64,000 bases of DNA. It comes from Chitinophagales bacterium. GTDB lineage: Bacteria > Bacteroidota > Bacteroidia > Chitinophagales > JADIYW01. The notes under the pieces were generated by a model, which did not search any database, was not told the origin of the DNA, and saw nothing but the letters and a program-made list of their open reading frames with translations. Made by a program: the position numbers and the translations under genes. The stretch covers positions 159,530-223,529 of the forward strand of contig JACJXS010000008.1 in assembly GCA_020636545.1 (NCBI GenBank), written 5' to 3'. Positions 55,930-64,000 of this stretch are shown piece by piece; the stretch's first letter is position 1, and each line of letters begins with the position of its first letter.

Positions 55930-57126
55930 TTATGTAATTGATTTTATTGCCAACCCTAATATAGCAGCGACAAGTATTATATATGGTTCTTGAATTTTCT
56001 TAATATAAATCAGAGCGAGTATTGTAGCGATTGCAATAAGTGCAGTTATTATATCCGTGATACTACGCATACCTATTATAACAACAGCACCTACTAAAGC
56101 ACCTATAACAGTTGCAGTAATCCCTTCAACAAATGCCTTAATTGATTTATTATTGCCGTATTTTTTAAAGTATGGTGCAGGTATCACGGTAAATAAATAA
56201 CACGGTAGAAATGTTGCTAAGGCTGCAACGCTTGCACCTGCAAAGCCATTTACCAAATAACCGATAAAACCAACTGTAATAACAACCGGACCAGGGGTAA
56301 TCATGGCAACCGCAACAGCATCTACAAATTGTTTTTCATTAAGCCAATGATATTCTGTTACAACACCACTATGTAAAAACGGTACAATAGCCAAACCACT
56401 ACCAAATACAAATGCACCCGCTTTAGTAAAAAATAATGCTATTTTTCCAAGTGTTCCTATATCATATTGCCAAAACCCAATACCTGCCAAAATAACCATG
56501 TTTGTTGTCTTAGGTTTTTGTATCCACGCGGGAGGTGCTTTAACAATCATGTAAATTAATCCGGTTGCAATAAATAATAGAACACTTTCTGATTGAGTAA
56601 TAATTGTAACAATAGCAGCAATAATATAGAATATCCATAACAGCCAATTTTGCTTTATGGATGGTATATTTATTTTACCTACTGACTTAGTAGTAAGTTT
56701 ATAACTACTCATCACTATAATTCCAATAACTGCTGCACCAACACCATAAAAAACCGCTTGCATCCATGATAATCCACCGTATAATTTATAAGCAATACCT
56801 AAAGCAACTACCATAATAAAAGATGGTATTACAAACGCAATTCCGCATAATGTTGCTCCTAAAATACCATAGTGAACATAGCCTAAATATATGCCTAATT
56901 GTGCGGCTAAGGGACCCGGTGCAAGTTGCGCAAGCGCTAATCCTTCTTTATATTCTTCTTCTGAAATCCATTGTTTCTGTTCCACTAAATCACGGTGCAT
57001 ATATCCAACAAGCGCAACAGGACCGCCAAAGCCTGAATAGCCAAGTTTTAAGAAATATAAAATAAGTTGCCGTAACGTATAATGTTGTTTTAATTCTTCT
57101 GTCATATTTTTAAATTTTGATTCCAA
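55930..57126 (-). CDS. chrA: Chromate ion transporter (CHR family, two-domain long form)
   Basis: 398 aa; ..FLKLGYSGFGGPVA.. and a duplicated CHR-domain pattern. Confidence 0.9.
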   Translation of the reverse strand: MESKFKNMTEELKQHYTLRQLILYFLKLGYSGFGGPVALVGYMHRDLVEQKQWISEEEYKEGLALAQLAPGPLAAQLGIYLGYVHYGILGATLCGIAFVIPSFIMVVALGIAYKLYGGLSWMQAVFYGVGAAVIGIIVMSSYKLTTKSVGKINIPSIKQNWLLWIFYIIAAIVTIITQSESVLLFIATGLIYMIVKAPPAWIQKPKTTNMVILAGIGFWQYDIGTLGKIALFFTKAGAFVFGSGLAIVPFLHSGVVTEYHWLNEKQFVDAVAVAMITPGPVVITVGFIGYLVNGFAGASVAALATFLPCYLFTVIPAPYFKKYGNNKSIKAFVEGITATVIGALVGAVVIIGMRSITDIITALIAIATILALIYIKKIQEPYIILVAAILGLAIKSIT

Positions 57127-57560
57127 TTGTGTTTTTCATCTGAAACATATTTTGCCCAACTATAGAGCGCATCGTATATTTTCATTCCTATCTCTAATAG
57201 TTCAAAATCATCCTTGAAATTATAAGAGAGCCCCGCTGATATTGCCCATAATCCTGCCGATTGTTTGGCTATATCAAATCGGTCAGTATCAGCACCGCGA
57301 ACTATAACGGCTATTTGCAATAATGCAGCGTCTGTAATGTTATGTTTTTTAATGATGGTATCGAAAGTGCAAAATTCTCCATCATGTGTATATTCTACTC
57401 CGGGAATATCATAAGGAATAGCATCTGCTTTTTTTGCCTTTTCCAGAACCTGATTTGCAGGGACATATAAAAACTCTGCTTCTTTATCAACAAAGTTTTT
57501 GATTAACCAAGGGCAGGCTATTCTATCAATCTTTGGCTTTTCTCTGGTTATCCAACGCAT
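57102..57560 (-). CDS. ChrB C-terminal-domain (chromate resistance) protein
   Basis: 152 aa; MRWITREKPKIDRIACPWLIKNFVD..; 25-nt overlap with chrA. Confidence 0.7.
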   Translation of the reverse strand: MRWITREKPKIDRIACPWLIKNFVDKEAEFLYVPANQVLEKAKKADAIPYDIPGVEYTHDGEFCTFDTIIKKHNITDAALLQIAVIVRGADTDRFDIAKQSAGLWAISAGLSYNFKDDFELLEIGMKIYDALYSWAKYVSDEKHNWNQNLKI

Positions 57561-57634
57561 ATTATATTTTACGCTGGAAAATTAGTGTAGTTTACCAAAA
57601 TGAAATAGAACAGATTTAACCTTTTGTATTTTTT

Positions 57635-58480
57635 TTACCTTTTAGGTGGATTTTTTTGATAGATAGAAGGATTCTTACCTGTGTGTTTTTTGAAAATCCT
57701 ATTAAAATGACTTTGGTCTGAAAAACCTGTTAGAAATGCAATTTCTGAAAGCGAATACTTTGATTGTTCCATAAGCTGAATGGCTTTCTCAATACGGAGT
57801 TTCCGGATATATTCACCAAATGACAAATCATCAAAGTATTTTGAAAATTCTCTTGAAACATAGGAAGGATGAATGCTCAATCCTTTTGATACTTCCTTTA
57901 AACTTAAACTAAGATTCGTATCTATTTGATCCTGGATAATCTCTTTTAATTCTTTTGCCCAGACAGGTGTCTTTCTTCCTGTGCCTGGTTTTTGTTTTAA
58001 AAATTTATTATACACATCCATCAATAAATGTTCAATAGGATTTTGTGTGTGCTTTTCCTTTTGCAAATATTTTGCCCATGTATAAAGTGCGTCATACACT
58101 TCCATGCCTTTTTCAAGCAATTGATAATCGTCTGTAATGTTACGAGAAAGACCTGCTGAAATCGCCCATAATCCCGAAGCCTGTGATGCAATATCATGCC
58201 GATCTGTATCAGCACCTCTTACAATGATTGCCATTGTGTGTATAGCCGGGTCTTTTATCTTGTATTTTTTTACAAAGTAATCAAAAGTACAATTATCTCC
58301 ATAATGTGTAAATTCAACATCCGGCACATCAAACGGAGTTGCATTGAATTTTTTTGCTTTTGTTTTTACATCATCAAAAGGAGCGTATATAATCTCGGCA
58401 TCTTTATCAATAAATCTTTTTATAAGCCAGGGACATGCTATACGGTCAATCTTTGGTCGTTCTCTTGTTATCCATTTCAT
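57635..58480 (-). CDS. ChrB-domain / AraC-type HTH fusion protein (putative chromate-responsive regulator)
   Basis: 281 aa; the N-terminal ~145 aa is paralogous to the 57102-57560 product; C-terminal ..LSEIAFLTGFSDQSHFNRIFKKHTG.. AraC HTH. Confidence 0.75.
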   Translation of the reverse strand: MKWITRERPKIDRIACPWLIKRFIDKDAEIIYAPFDDVKTKAKKFNATPFDVPDVEFTHYGDNCTFDYFVKKYKIKDPAIHTMAIIVRGADTDRHDIASQASGLWAISAGLSRNITDDYQLLEKGMEVYDALYTWAKYLQKEKHTQNPIEHLLMDVYNKFLKQKPGTGRKTPVWAKELKEIIQDQIDTNLSLSLKEVSKGLSIHPSYVSREFSKYFDDLSFGEYIRKLRIEKAIQLMEQSKYSLSEIAFLTGFSDQSHFNRIFKKHTGKNPSIYQKNPPKR

Positions 58481-58522
58481 ATTTCTAAAAATTGAACAAA
58501 TCTTTGGATAAATTTATAAAAA

Positions 58523-59683
58523 TTACTCATCATCTGTGTTTTTCATTTTCATTAATAATGAGTATGCACCTTTTGTTACTATATTTTTATCAATAATGTC
58601 ATCTGTTGAAATGATTTCTGTATACCCATTTTCGCTATTGCCAATAGTTACTTCTTTCATTTCATATTGCTTGTTACCATTCTCAATAAAGACATAATCC
58701 TTATTTTCAAATTTTACTATTGCATCGGATTGTATAGCGTTTGAAGTATTGTTGTTCAGGTCAATTACCGCATTCATATACATACCCGGCAATAATGCTT
58801 TGTCGTAATTTTCAAAATGACAATGTACTTCTGTGCTATGGTTTTCTGTAAAATCTTTACCTATTAAAATAATCTTACAGAGATATTTCTTGTTTGGATT
58901 GGTATTGGTGTAAGCCGACAAAGATTGTCCAATAGATAACTTGTTTATGTCTTTCTCAAAAATAGTGAGCGCTAAATGTATGTCGGCAGGATTTATGATT
59001 TCAAACAATATATCACTTGGATTTACATACTTGCCGATGTTTACATTTATTTTAGAAACATAACCGCTGATAGGGGAATAGATATTGATACTTTTAGAGA
59101 TTTTATTAGCCGATACATTATCGGGATTGATACCGGCAAATCTTAATTTCTCTGCATACGATTGTAATAAAACCGTTAGTGAGTTGTATTCCGTTTGTGC
59201 CTGCTGATATACTTTGTCGCTACTGGATTTTGTCTGGTTCAATTCTTTTTGCCTTTCGTATTCTGATTTTGCATATTCAATTTTGGCTTTCACCATTAAA
59301 TAATCTTCCTGCAGTTGTATGTATTGTTTGTCTTCCACAACGCATAATGCTTGTCCTTTCGCAACAAACATGCCTTCCAATAAATTAGTTGACTTAAGAT
59401 ATCCGCCCATCGGTACACTAATGGAAACGAGGTTTTGCGGCGGGACGTCTATTTTCCCATTTACTTTTATGGTAGATGAGATCTGTCGCTTTTCAATCTT
59501 TCCAAGCTGTATGCCTGCGTTTTTTATCTGTGCGTCTGTGAGTGTGGTGCTGATTTCTGACATTGTTTTCCCTTCAGCCTCTTCTTTTACTTCTTTATTC
59601 TTACAGCCCGGCAGCGCCAATAATAAACATGTAATGCCAAGTATATTGAGCATGCTTTTGGTATGATTTATTGTTTTTCTCAT
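58523..59683 (-). CDS. RND efflux periplasmic adaptor lipoprotein (CzcB-like, no N-terminal metal module)
   Basis: 386 aa; lipobox ALPGC; adaptor-type lipoyl/beta-barrel pattern. Confidence 0.8.
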   Translation of the reverse strand: MRKTINHTKSMLNILGITCLLLALPGCKNKEVKEEAEGKTMSEISTTLTDAQIKNAGIQLGKIEKRQISSTIKVNGKIDVPPQNLVSISVPMGGYLKSTNLLEGMFVAKGQALCVVEDKQYIQLQEDYLMVKAKIEYAKSEYERQKELNQTKSSSDKVYQQAQTEYNSLTVLLQSYAEKLRFAGINPDNVSANKISKSINIYSPISGYVSKINVNIGKYVNPSDILFEIINPADIHLALTIFEKDINKLSIGQSLSAYTNTNPNKKYLCKIILIGKDFTENHSTEVHCHFENYDKALLPGMYMNAVIDLNNNTSNAIQSDAIVKFENKDYVFIENGNKQYEMKEVTIGNSENGYTEIISTDDIIDKNIVTKGAYSLLMKMKNTDDE

Positions 59684-59693
59684 TTTGTTGATT

Positions 59694-59921
59694 TTATTTT
59701 TTATTAAGTATTTTGTTCTCTTTCTTTTGTTTTAATTTTTTATCTACTTCGTCATGGTTTTGATAAAGCCTGGAGAATCCAAATTTTTTACCTAATCCAG
59801 TGTAATCTTTTCCATAGCGTTCAGGCAGATAGGCGACAAATATGATGAAAATGGTTACTATAAAAGCTGCAATTGAGAGGCTTTTAATCTGTTGTGATGT
59901 TAAGTTTTGTTGTGGTTTCAT
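59694..59921 (-). CDS. Small single-TM protein
   Basis: 75 aa; one TM helix, basic C-terminal tail. Confidence 0.35.
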   Translation of the reverse strand: MKPQQNLTSQQIKSLSIAAFIVTIFIIFVAYLPERYGKDYTGLGKKFGFSRLYQNHDEVDKKLKQKKENKILNKK

Positions 59922-59931
59922 GATTTATTAT

Positions 59932-60621
59932 TTATGAGTTAAAGAAGCCTTTTAATTGAAAAATCATTAACGCAAATCCTGCGACCATAAGCGCAATATT
60001 TGTTACCGTTGAAAATTGTTTAAAAGACTGATAATTTCTCCAAATGCTGATTATAATCAGTATATATAATAATGCAACGAATTGACCTATTTCTACACCG
60101 ATATTAAAACCTATCAGGTTAGTTATCAAACCTTGTTTACTGAAGTTAAATTCCTGCAGTTTGGTTGCCAATCCTAATCCATGAAAAAGACCAAATGTCA
60201 ATACCGCTAACCTGTTATTCGGCTGCACATTGAAATATTTAAAACCACCCAAATTATCAAATCCTTTATAGATAACGGATATGGCTATTATTGCATCTAT
60301 TATATAAGCATTGACTTGCAGGTTAAGAATAACACCTGATAACAATGTAATACTGTGACCGATAGTAAACATACTCACATAAAGTAAAATGTCTTTTGGT
60401 TTATATAAGAAAAATATGATACCCACTAAAAATAACAGATGGTCGTAACCGGTAAGCATGTGTTTCGCCCCTATGTACAAAAACGGTACAAATGCCGAAC
60501 CATTATTGTCCATTAAAAATACTCTTGTTTTGTCATCTACCCCATGTGCAAATGCACCAGAGCAGATGCAAAGCAACATTAAGGTTGTACCTAAAACGGT
60601 TATTCTTTTTTTTGTTTTCAT
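59932..60621 (-). CDS. HupE/UreJ-family (Ni/Co-associated) membrane protein
   Basis: 229 aa; signal peptide then ..HMLTGYDHLLFLVGIIF.. motif. Confidence 0.75.
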   Translation of the reverse strand: MKTKKRITVLGTTLMLLCICSGAFAHGVDDKTRVFLMDNNGSAFVPFLYIGAKHMLTGYDHLLFLVGIIFFLYKPKDILLYVSMFTIGHSITLLSGVILNLQVNAYIIDAIIAISVIYKGFDNLGGFKYFNVQPNNRLAVLTFGLFHGLGLATKLQEFNFSKQGLITNLIGFNIGVEIGQFVALLYILIIISIWRNYQSFKQFSTVTNIALMVAGFALMIFQLKGFFNS

Positions 60622-60631
60622 TCTAAATTTT

Positions 60632-61885
60632 TTACCGGTTAATTAATTTTTCATTCATATTTAACGAGGGCCTGAAAATAAGTATTGCTATAAGACCTAA
60701 AGCCATAGTTGCAATACCACCGTACAGGAAATCTGCTTTCGGAAAATTAGTTCCTAAATACCCTGCAATTGGATAAGCAATCGCCCACCAGAGATGTGAA
60801 AATGCAAAGTGAGAACCATATACCTTACCCTGATTATCTGATTCAATGTTTTCTGCTATTAAGGTTTCAGATGGCATTTCTGCAAGACTTTGGCCTAAAC
60901 CTGCGAACAACCAAAATACAATAAGGGCTGTATAAGGAACATAGTTAGCAAAACTTATTGAAACGCCTAACAATAAAGCACCGCTTACCAGTGATATGCT
61001 TCTGGTTTTAGTTTTATCCAAACTGCCTAAAAGAAATGCTGCAACCGCTGCACCAATACCAAATGCAGCCATTAACCAACCATAGTATTTATCGCTTAAT
61101 AATAAGTTGTTTTTTACATGGCTGATACTATTTACTAATATACATGCTCCGGCAATGGCTGAAATAAATTCAATACTCAGAGCAAAGCGAAGTGTCTTAT
61201 TCCCGAACAAAAATTTGATGCCATTTATTACATCATTCCAAGTTGTTTTTGAATCCTGGGCTTCCAACGAAACGCCTTTTTGCAACTCCGCACCCGGTAT
61301 TGAAAGAATTAACATAGCAGCTATTATAAACGACAGACCATCTAAAAAGAAAATGTCCCGTGCGCCGAACCAGACAGCTATGATTCCAGCAAATCCAGGT
61401 CCTAATATTCCTAATATCTGGAATGTTGCAGTAGATAAACCGACTGCTTCACGGAAATATTTACCTTCTATTATTTGAGGAATGATAGCACGATAAGTTG
61501 GCGTAAAAAAAGCATTAAATACATTTAGCAAAAACACCAGCAAATAGATATGCCACTTAGCCGTAATAAATGGCAGACAGCATATAATAGCCATTCTGAT
61601 AAAATGAGTCATATACAATATCTTTTTTCTGTCCACTTTGTCAGCTAACACTCCTGCAAAAGGCGAGAAGATGATAAATGCAGTTACTCTCAATGTTAGT
61701 GCCGTCGCTAAAATCTTTGATGAGTTTTCTTTGTCTATCTGGTATGCCAACAATGCCAATCCAACCCACGAAATCGCATCGCCTAACAAACTAATGGTTT
61801 GTGATACATATAGCTTTGCAAAGGTTTTATTCTCTAATGCTTTGAATGGCTCAATAAATATTTGTTTCACTTTGTCTTTCAGCAT
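60632..61885 (-). CDS. MFS transporter
   Basis: 417 aa; 12-TM pattern; ..GVLADKVDRKKIL.. loop motif. Confidence 0.8.
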   Translation of the reverse strand: MLKDKVKQIFIEPFKALENKTFAKLYVSQTISLLGDAISWVGLALLAYQIDKENSSKILATALTLRVTAFIIFSPFAGVLADKVDRKKILYMTHFIRMAIICCLPFITAKWHIYLLVFLLNVFNAFFTPTYRAIIPQIIEGKYFREAVGLSTATFQILGILGPGFAGIIAVWFGARDIFFLDGLSFIIAAMLILSIPGAELQKGVSLEAQDSKTTWNDVINGIKFLFGNKTLRFALSIEFISAIAGACILVNSISHVKNNLLLSDKYYGWLMAAFGIGAAVAAFLLGSLDKTKTRSISLVSGALLLGVSISFANYVPYTALIVFWLFAGLGQSLAEMPSETLIAENIESDNQGKVYGSHFAFSHLWWAIAYPIAGYLGTNFPKADFLYGGIATMALGLIAILIFRPSLNMNEKLINR

Positions 61886-61891
61886 AAAGGA

Positions 61892-64000
61892 TCATTTATT
61901 GACCAAAGAATTAATTTCTTCAATAGTATCATTCAATTGCCTTACCGTTTCCATGTAATTACTTTGAATTTCTGTAGCCTGATTGATAAGCATTACCCAT
62001 TCTATATAATTGATGTTTCCATTATCAAACTGTTTGTTGGCCGTTGATGTGATAACATCAGCATCCTTTAAAACAACATTTTCATAGTACAAGACTTTCT
62101 GACTGTATTTTTGATATTGGCTTAACAATAACCTGTACTTAGTATTGAGGTATTGTTTTTCCATCTCCACTTTATTCAATGTAATCTTGTTAGCGAATGT
62201 GTAGGCATTTATCTTATGCTTTAATGAAGAATTAAATAAAGGAATAGAAAAACCAAACTGACCATAAGTGCCTAAGTTATTAGATTTGAACGCTGTATTA
62301 TTGCGGAATGTCTGTACATATACACCACCGATCAGGTCTGGTAATCTTTTTGATTTTTCCAATACTATTCTGGCGTTGTTTATATTGATTTCATGCTCTA
62401 AGAGTTTTACCGCCGGCTGTAATGCTATAAAACCCGTATCAATATTGCTGTCAAAATTTAATTTAAAATTTTGTGCCGAAGGTGTATAACTTGTGTCGGT
62501 GTTTAATAAGTAATCAAATTGAATCTGCAAGGACTTGTAATCTGTTTGTAAATCTTTGAGTTGTATCTTGATTTGACCTGACTGCATTTCGGCTGTTGTT
62601 TTTTCCAAGATATTAGATTCGCCTTTTTCAAAACGAAGCGTTGATTTATTTAGAAATTCATTATATAGAGAATCAGTTCTTAATAATAGTTTTTCTTTTT
62701 CTTTCAGGTAAAGCATTTGATAAAATGCAGTTGTTACCTGCTTTTTCAACTCTCTTTTTTGTAATGCCTCATTCCATTCACCCACTTTAGATTCTTCTGT
62801 CAGCAGTTGTTTTTGTTTCCTGTAAACAGAAGGGAATTTAATGCTTTGCGAGATGCCGATTTTTCCATCAAAATAATTAGTGTTGAACTGACCAAATTCC
62901 GTACTGATATCTGTATTGGGAATGTCGTAAGCGGTTTTAGTGAGCATTTTCAGATACTCAGATTTAAGCTGCTCATTCTTTGTTTTCAGATTGTTGGCAG
63001 CAGCAATTTCTATCGCTTTATCTAAGGTGATTTTTTCCTGTGCTTCTGCATGTTGCCATGAGAGTACTGTAAAACCAATAACGACTAAGGTGGAGATACC
63101 GGTTTTGTCCTTACCCTTTATCTTAATTCCTTTTTCAAAGATTACATACAATACCGGTAACACAAACAGGGTAAGGAATGTTGCGATTAGTAAACCACCA
63201 ATTACAACAGTAGCTAATGGCCGTTGCACTTCTGCGCCATTGCCATTGCTTATCGCCATAGGTAAAAATCCTAATGAAGCAACAAAAGCTGTCATCAATA
63301 CCGGTCTCAATCTTATTTTAGTTCCTTTTAAAACAATTTGAATTAAGTCTGTTTCCCCAGAACCTTTTAACCGGTTAAATTCAGAAATCAGTACAATTCC
63401 ATTTAATACAGATACACCGAATAAAGCAATAAAACCGATGCCTGCGCTGATGCTAAACGGCATTCCGCGCAATGCTAAAAACAAAATCCCCCCAATGGCT
63501 GACATTGGAATGGCTGAATAAATCAATAAACCTTGTTTAATCGAACCAAACGCAAAGAAGAGCAATAAGAAGATCAATAATAAAGAAAGCGGGACGGCTA
63601 AAGACAGACGTTTTTTTGCTGCCACTAAATTTTCAAAAGCACCGCCATAACTTACATAATACCCAGCAGGCAACTTCAGCTTTTTTTCAACCTGCAACTG
63701 CAAATCTTTTACAATGGTCTGCACATCCCTGTCACGAACATTAAAACCGACAATAATCCTTCGCCTTGCATCTTCACGCTGAATCTGATTTACGCTTTCC
63801 TGAATAGAAACATCCGCAATGGAACTCAACTGAATTTGTGTACCCATCGGAGTAGGAATTAACAGATTCTGTACATCTTCTAAGTTTTGCCGTTTTTCCC
63901 CGGCAAGGCGCACGACTAAATCGAATCGTTTTTCATCTTCAAAGACCAACCCACTGCTTTGCCCTGCAAATGCCGTGTTTACAACTTCGTTGATGTCCCG
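61892..64000 (-). CDS. Partial CDS: C-terminal part of a CzcA/CusA-family RND pump fused in frame to a TolC-like outer-membrane-factor domain
   Basis: Frame is open to the window edge (the track Met at 63949 is internal). RND TM8-12 (..GFIALFGVSVLNGIVLISEF..) is followed by a signal-like segment and an OMF-type sequence (EKITLDKAIEIAAANNL..). Confidence 0.8.
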   Translation of the reverse strand, partial: RDINEVVNTAFAGQSSGLVFEDEKRFDLVVRLAGEKRQNLEDVQNLLIPTPMGTQIQLSSIADVSIQESVNQIQREDARRRIIVGFNVRDRDVQTIVKDLQLQVEKKLKLPAGYYVSYGGAFENLVAAKKRLSLAVPLSLLLIFLLLFFAFGSIKQGLLIYSAIPMSAIGGILFLALRGMPFSISAGIGFIALFGVSVLNGIVLISEFNRLKGSGETDLIQIVLKGTKIRLRPVLMTAFVASLGFLPMAISNGNGAEVQRPLATVVIGGLLIATFLTLFVLPVLYVIFEKGIKIKGKDKTGISTLVVIGFTVLSWQHAEAQEKITLDKAIEIAAANNLKTKNEQLKSEYLKMLTKTAYDIPNTDISTEFGQFNTNYFDGKIGISQSIKFPSVYRKQKQLLTEESKVGEWNEALQKRELKKQVTTAFYQMLYLKEKEKLLLRTDSLYNEFLNKSTLRFEKGESNILEKTTAEMQSGQIKIQLKDLQTDYKSLQIQFDYLLNTDTSYTPSAQNFKLNFDSNIDTGFIALQPAVKLLEHEININNARIVLEKSKRLPDLIGGVYVQTFRNNTAFKSNNLGTYGQFGFSIPLFNSSLKHKINAYTFANKITLNKVEMEKQYLNTKYRLLLSQYQKYSQKVLYYENVVLKDADVITSTANKQFDNGNINYIEWVMLINQATEIQSNYMETVRQLNDTIEEINSLVNK

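Larger units (their letters stand above)
38400..64000. mobile_element. Putative tRNA-Arg-associated genomic island (mosaic; metal-resistance cargo; right end not in window; no mobility genes seen)
   Basis: Gene content switches from housekeeping to accessory at the tRNA. Hand-counted GC of sample lines rises from ~30-33% to ~40-50%. Confidence 0.5.

Noticed and set aside
61107-63341. Plus-strand ORFs 61107-61478, 61638-61958, 62940-63341 and smaller ones
   Set aside because: They are antisense to the MFS and pump-OMF genes and have no motifs.
38353-64000. Integrase, transposase, relaxase, CRISPR array or known defence genes in the accessory region
   Set aside because: I checked all listed ORFs and the gaps. 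No tyrosine/serine recombinase, DDE transposase, Cas, restriction-modification or other recognisable defence signature was found, and there are no regularly spaced repeats.

Overview
AT-rich Bacteroidota (Flavobacteriia-like) chromosome segment. The taxon call rests on T9SS C-terminal sorting domains, TAnnTTTG -7 promoter boxes, a DUF2723 protein and CarboxypepD_reg-type TonB receptors. Positions 1-38.3 kb are ordinary, densely coding core: t6A synthase, aminotransferase, M13 peptidase, TPR protein plus PBP1A, GT2, MscL, ABC-F, two outer-membrane barrels, AsnB, PurA, PabB, Dcd and Ung. The core ends at a tRNA-Arg(UCU) at 38280-38352, and accessory DNA starts right after it. First come a small HTH protein, a secreted SNase-type nuclease and two orphan ORFs. 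Next is a ~1.5 kb ORF-free, GC-rich, G-skewed stretch (40.8-42.3 kb) full of nucleotide-level repeats, a ~260-bp imperfect palindrome and REP-like hairpins. After that, >21 kb of genes all lie on the minus strand (42.8-64 kb, running off the window). They include CopA; a Cus-like RND system with two tandem adaptors, a TolC and a CusA split into two ATGA-overlapping ORFs; and periplasmic accessory proteins. They also include a chromate module (ChrB-AraC fusion, ChrB, ChrA, Tat-signal Fe/Mn SOD) and a second RND module whose CzcA-type pump is fused in frame to a TolC-like domain through an internal signal-peptide-like segment, followed by an MFS transporter, HupE/UreJ and an adaptor. No integrase, transposase, CRISPR array or recognisable multi-gene defence system is visible in the window. 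My best candidates for something undescribed are the ORF-free structured region (ncRNA or oriT/oriV-like cis element) and the unusual split and fused RND architectures. All family calls come from reading motifs by eye; no database search was run.
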